Virus record (IMG/VR): IMGVR_UViG_3300025280_000022
From: a virus
Length of the DNA stretch: 64,000 bases
Strand: one strand, 5' to 3'
The stretch's first letter is position 1; each line of letters opens with the position of its first letter. Positions 43,916 to 52,630 of the stretch are shown here, in pieces. The position numbers and the translations under genes are program-made. The notes beneath the pieces were generated by a model. It searched no databases, was not told the DNA's origin, and saw only the letters and a program-made list of their open reading frames with translations.

Positions 43916-44641
43916 ATGGCACGAAGAAAAAGGCGAACATCGCCAGAAGTCCCCCAATCGATTGTAGAATCCGAATTAGAAAATCCATTTTTCTATATAA
44001 AAAATCACAGACTTACTGAAAAACAGAAGTCTTTTGCCGAGATCGCTATTGATCCTAAGACCAAAATTATGCTTATTAATGGCCCTGCGGGAAGCAGTAA
44101 GACTTATATGGCAATTTATGCCGCATTGCGATTATTGGCCCAAGATAAGGAATTAGAGCTATTATATGTTAGAACTATTATAGAAAGCGCCGAAAGAAAT
44201 ATGGGCGCCCTCCCTGGTAATGCGGATGAAAAGTTTAATCCCTATATGTTACCTCTCGAGGATAAACTAGAAGAATTATTGAAACCCTCTGATCATCAAA
44301 GACTATTCCACGAAAAGCGAATAGAAGCAATGCCAATAAATTATTTACGGGGAGCTAATTGGAGAAATAAGCTTGTGGTGGCCGATGAGGCTCAAAATTT
44401 CAGCTTTAAGGAATTAACCACTTTAATAACAAGAATAGGAGAAGGTACGAAAATATTTGTTTGCGGCGATTTCATGCAAAGTGATATTAATGGCAAAACG
44501 GGCTATCGAGCAATGTGCGATAGATTTACCGATCCAGAAAGTAAAAAGCTGGGGATCCATACTTTTCGGTTTGGAATAGAGGATATTAAGCGCAGTAAGA
44601 TTCTAAAATTTATCATAAAACGACTGCAGGAAACGAATTAA
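43916..44641 (+). CDS. phoH: PhoH-family ATPase
   Basis: GPAGSSKT, GALPG...EK..PY, YLRG, DEAQN, TRIG, GD..QSD, DI.RS. Confidence 0.95.
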   Translation: MARRKRRTSPEVPQSIVESELENPFFYIKNHRLTEKQKSFAEIAIDPKTKIMLINGPAGSSKTYMAIYAALRLLAQDKELELLYVRTIIESAERNMGALPGNADEKFNPYMLPLEDKLEELLKPSDHQRLFHEKRIEAMPINYLRGANWRNKLVVADEAQNFSFKELTTLITRIGEGTKIFVCGDFMQSDINGKTGYRAMCDRFTDPESKKLGIHTFRFGIEDIKRSKILKFIIKRLQETN

Positions 44642-44658
44642 GTGTAATTACTTGGGAG

Positions 44659-45084
44659 ATGTTTCCCCCACAAGTTATAACCTTTATTGTTACCTTCGTT
44701 CTCAGGGCGCTGATAGATAAATGGATGCAAGCTGGAGAAGATCGTCGCATGGAGCGTGCCATGGAAAGAGATTTCGTTCATATGGAGGTGGACGCACAAA
44801 AGTCTGTGCGCGCCCAAATTCCCAAGCTCTTATTCGGCTGGACTACGGCGGTATTAGCCATCATGGCGTTCACCTGTATTATTGGGGTGCGCATTGTGGG
44901 ACCTTTATTTTTTGATGTCCCTGTTTATTTTGCGTTTACTGAGACGAGCAGAGGTTTTCTATTTCTTATTGAACCCGTTGAGCATATAAAGTATCTGGAA
45001 TTACCAGGAATTACATTTTTGCCTTCGGACAGTCATCTTTTAAGCGCCATCGCGGGAGCCTTTTTTGGGCGAGTAAGAAAGTAA
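44659..45084 (+). CDS. membrane protein (possible holin)
   Basis: Multiple hydrophobic segments, C-terminal FFG.R. Confidence 0.55.
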   Translation: MFPPQVITFIVTFVLRALIDKWMQAGEDRRMERAMERDFVHMEVDAQKSVRAQIPKLLFGWTTAVLAIMAFTCIIGVRIVGPLFFDVPVYFAFTETSRGFLFLIEPVEHIKYLELPGITFLPSDSHLLSAIAGAFFGRVRK

Positions 45085-45542
45085 TGAGCGAAATAAGTAT
45101 AATCACGGCGGTTGCAATTTGCATCTGCGGCGCCTTCGTTACAGGATCTGTGGCATTCGTAATCAAATCCCTTATGAATGATATCAAGCAGGCAGAGTTA
45201 ACCGCAGAAAAAGGAATGGAGTTCGTGCGCTCAGAAATTTATGGGATTCGTAAATCGCTTGATTCCTTTAAAAGCGAGGAGAGGCATAAGGACGATGAAT
45301 TAAAAGTAGCTATAGATAATACTCAAAAAGAGCTGAGACAAGAGGCTCGAGCCGATAAGCTTTATGTTGACCATACCAAAAAAGAATTAAAAGAAGAAAT
45401 GCATTATTATTGGGGAAAAGCTGAAAAGGTATTAGAAGCTCGCCGACAAGATGTCTATATGCTTCATAACAAGATAGATACCATTAAAGATAAATTGCTA
45501 AAGAGAATAGAGAAGAAAATAGAGAAACTGGAGAAAAAGTAA
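45084..45542 (+). CDS. TM + coiled-coil protein
   Basis: N-terminal TM helix, heptad-rich remainder. Confidence 0.6.
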   Translation: MSEISIITAVAICICGAFVTGSVAFVIKSLMNDIKQAELTAEKGMEFVRSEIYGIRKSLDSFKSEERHKDDELKVAIDNTQKELRQEARADKLYVDHTKKELKEEMHYYWGKAEKVLEARRQDVYMLHNKIDTIKDKLLKRIEKKIEKLEKK

Positions 45543-46126
45543 TGGAAATTATCTGGGCATCAATAATTAGCGCACTGGCTACGTTAGGAGCCACCTTTCT
45601 CAGCTTGTGGTTACATAATAGGTACGACACCAGAAAAAAAGAAAAAAACATTCTGCATGAACACTCAAAGCGCAATCAAAACGTTTATACCGCCTTGGAG
45701 TATACCATGGAAGAGTTTGGAGCTGATCGCGTTTATGTTTATGAATTTCACAATGGAGACATCTATTATTCGGGCGGTTCTCAACAAAAATTTAGCTGCA
45801 CCTATGAAGAAGTCAAGGAAGGGATAAGTTCGGAGGCCCAAAGGTCCCAAAACTTTCGCGCCTCTAATTTCCACTATTTTATAGATAAGTTAATTAATGA
45901 AAGAGGGTTTTGCGGTGATTCAATGGAAGACATCGAAGACGTAAGCTTTAAGCACTTGCTGCAAGACAGGGGGGTAAAAAGTTTTTATGCAGTTCCAATC
46001 AAGACTCTTAATGGTAAAATAATTGGCTTATTGGGAATAGACTTTGTAAAAGAACAAAAAGAAGAGTGTATAAAGCTATCTCGTCTGAGAGATCAAGCCC
46101 GTATTATTTGTGGGTATTTAATCTAA
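45542..46126 (+). CDS. TM + GAF-like domain protein (T4 holin T-like architecture)
   Basis: ADRVYVYEFHNG, GVKSFYAVPI...GKIIGLLGIDF. Confidence 0.65.
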   Translation: MEIIWASIISALATLGATFLSLWLHNRYDTRKKEKNILHEHSKRNQNVYTALEYTMEEFGADRVYVYEFHNGDIYYSGGSQQKFSCTYEEVKEGISSEAQRSQNFRASNFHYFIDKLINERGFCGDSMEDIEDVSFKHLLQDRGVKSFYAVPIKTLNGKIIGLLGIDFVKEQKEECIKLSRLRDQARIICGYLI

Positions 46127-46162
46127 TATTGAAAAGTATTAAAAAATTTAATAAAATAAGAT

Positions 46163-46513
46163 ATGAAAACTGAATATTGTCCCCATTGCGGGACCAAGCA
46201 TACTTATGCGGCTGCTGCACCTAAATTTTGTTCTAATTGCGGACAACCCATGAATGATACGCGCGCTTCATTATCTTCCGACCCAAGTCCAACGGAAGCT
46301 GAACCAACAGAAAGAATCCCTCTTCTCGATAAACTAGACTATACTATTGATATCTCTACTTCTTCGCATAAATTAGGAGATCTAATTAAAGCAGGCGCTC
46401 CAGATGATAAATTTTCTAGAGCAAGCCCCAAAGATAAGGGGTCCGAGGCTCATCTAAAGGAATCTATTGCAGAATGCCAAAGCATTCGGCGGCCTGAGGA
46501 AATAGGTGAGTAA
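46163..46513 (+). CDS. zinc-ribbon protein
   Basis: CPHCG...KFCSNCG. Confidence 0.75.
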   Translation: MKTEYCPHCGTKHTYAAAAPKFCSNCGQPMNDTRASLSSDPSPTEAEPTERIPLLDKLDYTIDISTSSHKLGDLIKAGAPDDKFSRASPKDKGSEAHLKESIAECQSIRRPEEIGE

Positions 46514-47237
46514 AAAATATACTTACCAAGATAAAGCGGATGCCATAGATGTAGAGCTTCGCAAGAGGCGAAGCAAATGGGCGTTGCATTCGTTGGGGTG
46601 GTTGGATTTTGAAGATGTTGAACAAATTATCCGCCTTCATATCTATAAAAAATGGGACCAATGGGATCAAAAGCGTGCTCTTGGTCCATGGGTTAACAAA
46701 GTAATAAGCAATCAGCTTAAAAATATTATGCGAAACAATTATACCAGTTTCGCGAAACCCTGCGTGACCTGTCCCTTTGCCCAGCAACTTTCAGAGGCCG
46801 CAAAAGAGGCCAAGGTGAATAGTTTTGACAACGACCTTTGCGGTTTTACCAAAAGCGGCCTTCAGTGCGCAGAGTGTCCCTTGTACGCTAATTGGGAAAA
46901 AAGAAAGCAAGATGCATACAGGATTAAAGTGCCCTTAGCTATAGAGCATCATGCGCACGAGGTTTTTTCTACACCTGATAAAGGTTCGTTTGATATAGAA
47001 CGAGCACAAGAGAAACTGCACGCGGAAATGAGAAAAGTTTTAAGCGACAGGCAATATAAGACCTATGAGATGCTTTTTATTGAAAATATGAGCGAAGAAG
47101 AAGTGGCGTTGGCCATAGGCTATAAAACCACCGAAAAGGGGCGTAAGGCAGGTTACAAACAAATCAAAAACTTAAAAAAGCAATTTAAAGAAAAAGCGCT
47201 CAGATTAATAGAAACCTCGGACATTATTTTATACTAA
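46506..47237 (+). CDS. sigma-factor-like protein with Cys-rich insertion
   Basis: Region-2-like DFEDVEQ...W...WVNKVISNQLKN and region-4-like LSDRQ...LFIENMSEEEVA. Confidence 0.65.
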   Translation: MSKKYTYQDKADAIDVELRKRRSKWALHSLGWLDFEDVEQIIRLHIYKKWDQWDQKRALGPWVNKVISNQLKNIMRNNYTSFAKPCVTCPFAQQLSEAAKEAKVNSFDNDLCGFTKSGLQCAECPLYANWEKRKQDAYRIKVPLAIEHHAHEVFSTPDKGSFDIERAQEKLHAEMRKVLSDRQYKTYEMLFIENMSEEEVALAIGYKTTEKGRKAGYKQIKNLKKQFKEKALRLIETSDIILY

Positions 47238-48283
47238 TGGAATTAAACGACGAACAAAAACAATGGTTGCGAGAAAATTATAATACTACGCCAAGTTTAA
47301 TAGAATTAACCCGTCAGTTGTTCATGGACGACTCCTTAGACGGCAGAACCAAGGAGGGTCGCCTCGTGAGAGAGTTTCTTGCCCAAGCGGGAATGAAATA
47401 TAATACCACTCAGCGAGATATCCATGTGGTAGAGCTTACGGAGGAGCAAAAGGGATTTGTGGTGCAATATGCAGAAGATGGAATGACCGCCTTCCAGATT
47501 GCAGGTTTACTTTTTCCAGAAGTTAACATGACACCATTAAGCAAAGAAATGATTGTAGTCAACAATTATTTAAAAGAAAATGCTCCGTCTTTTGTGAAAG
47601 CTGAAGAAAGTTCTGTGGGAGACTGTTATTCTCCACCCACTACCCCTTTATCTGCCATCAGGAAAATTAATAGATATACCTCAGAGGACTTAAAAGTCGA
47701 CAGGCTGAGCTTGCAGCAGAAAAACTGTACAGATGCTTTAATTTCTTTTTTACAGGCACCTCGTTTTTCAAGCGTTATCAATAATTATACTGCTCATGCT
47801 GACCGAGAATTGTTTGAGGCTGAATTTATTCGTGCAACGTGGGACAAACCAGACTTAAGTGCAGATGAGATAAATTTATACATTAATGTTTGTGTGGACT
47901 ATATCAATCTAAAAAATATATCAGCTCATGTAGAAAAACTTAATAGAATGTTTAATGAAGCTGAGGAACAACAAGATATGAGCATAAGGTTGGCGGAACT
48001 ACTTAAAACAAAAAGTGAAGAATACAACCAGTGCGAAAAAAGAATGGAATCACTTATAATGAGATTAAGTGGAGATAGAGCAAAGAGGGTGGCGAATAAA
48101 CAACAAGAAAACGCAAGTTTAATTAATTTAGTCCAATTATTCCAAAATGAGGAAGAGCGCAAAATAATGATAAAAATTGCGGAACTCCAAAAGCGAGCCG
48201 TAAAGGAAGAGGTTGACCGCATGGAAAAGATGCCTGAGTGGAAATCGCGAGTACTCGGCCTTTCAAAAGGAGAGTTGTTATAG
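47237..48283 (+). CDS. conserved hypothetical protein (helical, upstream of packaging genes)
   Basis: 348-aa ORF, coiled-coil C-terminus. Confidence 0.7.
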   Translation: MELNDEQKQWLRENYNTTPSLIELTRQLFMDDSLDGRTKEGRLVREFLAQAGMKYNTTQRDIHVVELTEEQKGFVVQYAEDGMTAFQIAGLLFPEVNMTPLSKEMIVVNNYLKENAPSFVKAEESSVGDCYSPPTTPLSAIRKINRYTSEDLKVDRLSLQQKNCTDALISFLQAPRFSSVINNYTAHADRELFEAEFIRATWDKPDLSADEINLYINVCVDYINLKNISAHVEKLNRMFNEAEEQQDMSIRLAELLKTKSEEYNQCEKRMESLIMRLSGDRAKRVANKQQENASLINLVQLFQNEEERKIMIKIAELQKRAVKEEVDRMEKMPEWKSRVLGLSKGELL

Positions 48284-48323
48284 GCAGTGCTTTAAAAATA
48301 GAAGAACACGAATTATAATTAAT

Positions 48324-48533
48324 ATGCGACATTATAGAGACGACGCCGACATTGATCGAGTTCTCGATCTTGTGAAGACTATGTGGTCAAGGCACAATTT
48401 TTTAAATCTTGCTGAAGTTTTTTATTATGTGTGCCACGCAAAGGAGGTTGACGTTAAGCACTTGAGTGACATACAGCTTACTAATTATATTGAAAATTAC
48501 TTAGAGACCGACAATTCCCTAGACGACCATTAA
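48324..48533 (+). CDS. hypothetical protein
   Basis: ATG 48324. Confidence 0.55.
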   Translation: MRHYRDDADIDRVLDLVKTMWSRHNFLNLAEVFYYVCHAKEVDVKHLSDIQLTNYIENYLETDNSLDDH

Positions 48534-48535
48534 AA

Positions 48536-48871
48536 ATGTACGAATATAAGATTAAGGAAGTAATTAAAATAGTAGACGGCGACACCGTGGATGTGCTTAT
48601 TGATTTAGGCTTCCATACCTCTGTAAAAAAGCGCATACGGCTTTATGGTATTAATACTCCTGAAACGCGCACCCGCGATAAGGAAGAAAAGAAAAGGGGG
48701 TTTGCGGCGAAAGATCGTCTTATTGAAATGTGTGAGGGGGCACCCCTAATTCTAAAAAGTCACGGGCTCGGTAAATACGGTAGGGTATTGGGAGAAATAA
48801 TTGCAGATGATTTAAATTTAAATCGCATGCTTGTGGCAGAAGGTCACGCGGTAGAATATTATGGAAAGTAA
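48536..48871 (+). CDS. thermonuclease (SNase-like)
   Basis: IVDGDTVDV.IDLGF, RIRLYGINTPE, GKYGRVLG. Confidence 0.9.
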   Translation: MYEYKIKEVIKIVDGDTVDVLIDLGFHTSVKKRIRLYGINTPETRTRDKEEKKRGFAAKDRLIEMCEGAPLILKSHGLGKYGRVLGEIIADDLNLNRMLVAEGHAVEYYGK

Positions 48872-49799
48872 TGCGTATAATTGTAAAATATGCGAAAAAC
48901 CCTTTGTCAAAGAGCGTAGCCTTCATGGGCACTTAAAGGCGCACAAAGTCACACAGGCAGAGTATTACTGCAGATATTACCCTCGTTATAATAAGCTGAC
49001 TGGAGACCCATTACCTTTTAAGAATAAATTTGACTATTTTCATAAAGACTTCTCTACCTATCAGCAATTGCTCAAATGGTGCAAACAGGCGCCAGAGGAA
49101 GAGGTGGCTCCCTATATTCTAAAACAACTTCAACACAGAATAAAGGAAAAATCCCTTTCCTTCGCTCCGTGTCACCTTGAATTAAAGCAAAAAAAGTTAC
49201 CCCCCATTGATATCTATAAAAAACTATTTGGTAGCTATAGTGCGGCTTGCGAAGAGGTAGGAGTAAAACCGCTCTATGGTAAAGCAGTCAAAAAACAATT
49301 TTTTGTGGAAGACGAAAAATTCGACGCCTTGAATATTTTAATTGACACGCGAGAGCAAAAACCCTTAAGTTTTCCGCGATCCGAATCCCTGAAACTAGAC
49401 TTTGGAGATTATACGGTGGGCGGCGACGATTACAATTATACCTACGTTGACCGTAAAAGCGAAACGGATTTTAAATCTACCTTTGGAATGGGCTTTAAAA
49501 GATTTTGCGCTGAAATGGAGAGGGTCAAACAGTTTGAAAGTTATCTTTATATCGTGACTGAAAGTGATTTAGCTGCTATTGGAAGAAATAACAACTTTAG
49601 CCCTCACCGCTCTAATCTTGAATTTATTTATCATAATATGAGAAAACTACTTAGGCAATATGCTGGGCATTGTCAATTTATATTTACAGGAAGCAGGGCC
49701 ACGTCAGAGAAGGTTATTCCTAAATTACTTTATTTTGGAAAGGACTTGTGGGAATCTGATGTGCAATATTACTTGGACAAAAATGCAACTACTTCTTAA
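48861..49799 (+). CDS. C2H2 zinc finger + ERCC4-type nuclease
   Basis: CKIC...H...H; IDTREQ, LDFGDY, DRKS..D. Confidence 0.8.
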   Translation: MESNAYNCKICEKPFVKERSLHGHLKAHKVTQAEYYCRYYPRYNKLTGDPLPFKNKFDYFHKDFSTYQQLLKWCKQAPEEEVAPYILKQLQHRIKEKSLSFAPCHLELKQKKLPPIDIYKKLFGSYSAACEEVGVKPLYGKAVKKQFFVEDEKFDALNILIDTREQKPLSFPRSESLKLDFGDYTVGGDDYNYTYVDRKSETDFKSTFGMGFKRFCAEMERVKQFESYLYIVTESDLAAIGRNNNFSPHRSNLEFIYHNMRKLLRQYAGHCQFIFTGSRATSEKVIPKLLYFGKDLWESDVQYYLDKNATTS

Positions 49800-50013
49800 A
49801 AGAAAAAAATTTGGAGGGGTTTTTACATGTCTTCCTGGATTTGTTAATATTAATTTAGACGGAAGAGTAATTGTGGACGAGGGCGATAAAGAGCGCGTGC
49901 AAGACATGGGGTTTTATGATGTTTGGATAGTTCCTGATCAAAAATGGATGGACTTAACATATGCATATAATGAAGGGTTTTTGGACTCTGATCAACTAAG
50001 GAAGTGGCCATGA
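49783..50013 (+). CDS. hypothetical protein
   Basis: ATG 49783. Confidence 0.5.
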   Translation: MQLLLKRKKFGGVFTCLPGFVNINLDGRVIVDEGDKERVQDMGFYDVWIVPDQKWMDLTYAYNEGFLDSDQLRKWP

Positions 50014-51893
50014 GTTGGAATCAAGGAAAGGAACGGCCTCGGCAGACAGAATGGGACAATATTAATGATCTTATATTATCCAAGAAGGGATTCCTGGAAG
50101 AGGAAGAGGCTAAGATTTTGCTCTATCAATTTCTTAAGCAAAATACTACATTCGCAGTAGATTTAATGGCAGGAGTAAAGCTTTTTCCTTTTCAGCATAT
50201 GGCCATTAAGGCTATGATGGAATGTGATTATTTTTTGGGTATTTGGTCTCGGGGAATGTCTAAAACTTTCTCTGCGGCTATTTTTGCTTTTTTAGACGCT
50301 ATTATGAATCAGGGGGTAGAGATTGGAATATTGTCCAAGTCCTTTCGGCAGGCCAAGATGATTTTTAGAAAAATTGAAGATATAGTGGCTAAGCCTGAGG
50401 CTGCCTTTTTAGCTCAATGTATTACCAAAAAATCAAAGCAAAATGACCAATGGACGATTGAACTTGGTCGAAGTCGAATTCATGCACTGCCCCTGGGGGA
50501 CGGCGAGAAGCTGCGCGGTTTTAGATTTCAACGGATCATCATTGACGAAATGCTTTTGATGCCCGAAAGAATTTATAATGAAGTTATTGTTCCCTTTTTG
50601 TCGGTTGTGGAAAATCCTACTGACCGAGAAGATCTTTATAATGCCGAAAGCGTACTGATCGAAAAGGGGGAAATGAAGGAAGAAGATCGTTATGAATGGC
50701 CAAATAATAAATTAATCATGCTTTCATCGGCTTCTTACAAATTTGAATATTTATATAAATTGTATGAGACGTTTGAAAACCTTATTACGGGAACACTACC
50801 CGAAGACAAACTGTCCCGAGCCAAAAGAGCTGTAATGCAATTTTCCTATGATTGTGCCCCAGGGCAGTTATATGATAAAAATTTGGTCAATCAGGCTAAG
50901 GCCTCCATGAGCCAAAGCCAATTCGAGCGTGAATTTGGAGCTGTATTTACCGATGACAGTTCAGGATACTTTAAAATTTCCAGGATGGCTAAATGCAGTA
51001 TTGTGGATGGCGCAGGCCCTTCGATTGAGCTTGCAGGAAACCCTGCGGACAAATACCTCTTGTCCTTTGACCCCTCTTGGGCGGAAAGTGAAAGTAGTGA
51101 TGATTTTGCAATACAAGTTTTTAAATTAAATGATGAATCACAAACTGGTACTTTAGTTCATAGTTATGCTTTATCTGGCTCTAGACTAAAAGATCATATA
51201 TTTTATTTTTATTATTTATTGAGTCATTTTAATATAGTTGCTATTTGCGGTGACTATAATGGAGGAGTGCAATTTCTAAACGCAGCCAACGAAAGCGAAT
51301 TATTCAAGAAAAACAAATTAAACATCAAGTGTTTAACCGCCAATCTTGATAATGTGGAAAAATATCAAGAAGGACTGAAGGATGCCAAGCTGGAATATGA
51401 TTTGGGAAACAAGACGATTTGTCATCTTCAGAAACCTACGAGTTCATGGATACGGCGCGCGAATGAACATTTGCAGGCCTGCTTTGATCATAAAAAAATA
51501 TGGTTTGGCGCTCGGGCGACCAACGACAATTATCACTCCCAAAAAAATAAAAAAATCCCTATTGGCAAAATTAAATTCCTACGTAATAGTGATGTTCTTT
51601 TTGAAAAGCAAAATAATGCCGCCAAAATGATTGACTTTGTAGAGCACCAATACGATATGATTAACTTGACTAAGTCGGAGTGCGCCCTTATTCAGATCAC
51701 CACTTCGCCTCACGGAACCCAAACTTTTGACTTGCCGCAAAACCTTAAAAGACAGACGGGTCCCGATAAGGCACGAAAGGACTCGTATTCCGCATTGGTA
51801 TTGGGGACGTGGATGATTAAATTATATTATGATATGAAAAACGCAAAAGATGTAGAGCTCTATCAAGACTTTACTCCTACTTTTATAGCATAA
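50010..51893 (+). CDS. terL: terminase large subunit
   Basis: LFPFQ, SRGMSKT (Walker A), LRGFR, IIIDE (Walker B), FEREFGA.F, SFDPS nuclease, KDSYSAL. Confidence 0.9.
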   Translation: MSWNQGKERPRQTEWDNINDLILSKKGFLEEEEAKILLYQFLKQNTTFAVDLMAGVKLFPFQHMAIKAMMECDYFLGIWSRGMSKTFSAAIFAFLDAIMNQGVEIGILSKSFRQAKMIFRKIEDIVAKPEAAFLAQCITKKSKQNDQWTIELGRSRIHALPLGDGEKLRGFRFQRIIIDEMLLMPERIYNEVIVPFLSVVENPTDREDLYNAESVLIEKGEMKEEDRYEWPNNKLIMLSSASYKFEYLYKLYETFENLITGTLPEDKLSRAKRAVMQFSYDCAPGQLYDKNLVNQAKASMSQSQFEREFGAVFTDDSSGYFKISRMAKCSIVDGAGPSIELAGNPADKYLLSFDPSWAESESSDDFAIQVFKLNDESQTGTLVHSYALSGSRLKDHIFYFYYLLSHFNIVAICGDYNGGVQFLNAANESELFKKNKLNIKCLTANLDNVEKYQEGLKDAKLEYDLGNKTICHLQKPTSSWIRRANEHLQACFDHKKIWFGARATNDNYHSQKNKKIPIGKIKFLRNSDVLFEKQNNAAKMIDFVEHQYDMINLTKSECALIQITTSPHGTQTFDLPQNLKRQTGPDKARKDSYSALVLGTWMIKLYYDMKNAKDVELYQDFTPTFIA

Positions 51894-52558
51894 TGGCTCT
51901 TTTCGCAAAAGACTCAAAGGGCTATCATAAACAAAGTTGGCATAACCATTATGCGGGCCAATCTATAATTCTCTGCGGGACGGGCCCCTCTCTGCATGAC
52001 ATGGATGCGGATAAATTAAAGGGGTCTCAATTACCTCTATTTGGCTTAAATAACGCTTTTGAGGTGGTAGATTTAGATTTTTGGATGGCATTTGATGAGC
52101 CAGGGCAATTTGATAAAAAGCTTTGGAGTCGGGACTGTATAAAGTTTTACCCGTGGGATTATAGAAATAAATATATAGTACGCAAGGCCTCTAATGTCTT
52201 TTTTTATAAGGCTTACGGCCTCTCAAGGGAAAATCACGAAGGGGGTGAGGAATTTCGTGAAGACTTGGAGCTGGGGGGCCCTTATATAAACTTTATTTTT
52301 GAAGGCTATACCTTTTCGATGGCTTTGCATATGATTTATTGGCTTGGTTTTAGTAAAGTATTTCTGGCGGGATGCGATTTTGGGGGGGAAAGTCAACTTT
52401 CTGAACTTTCTAGTAACTACAATGAAGCTGATCAGCAATGTGTTTTACAGAAAGGCCTCGAGTGCCTGGAGGAAATAAAGAGCCGTGGGGCCTTAGAGCT
52501 TGTTTCCTGCACTGCTGATTCTCCCATTAACGAGTTTTTGTCATACCAGCCGCTTTAG
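51893..52558 (+). CDS. Maf/MptE-like glycosyltransferase-fold protein
   Basis: ILCGTGPSL, GLNNA, DFW...D, LGFSKVFLAGCDF. Confidence 0.7.
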   Translation: MALFAKDSKGYHKQSWHNHYAGQSIILCGTGPSLHDMDADKLKGSQLPLFGLNNAFEVVDLDFWMAFDEPGQFDKKLWSRDCIKFYPWDYRNKYIVRKASNVFFYKAYGLSRENHEGGEEFREDLELGGPYINFIFEGYTFSMALHMIYWLGFSKVFLAGCDFGGESQLSELSSNYNEADQQCVLQKGLECLEEIKSRGALELVSCTADSPINEFLSYQPL

Positions 52559-52630
52559 AATGTCTCGCTTTTGAAAGTTTAAAGTTAACTTTTGTAGAGT
52601 TTCGGAAGTTTGGGTGTATTATCTAAACAA

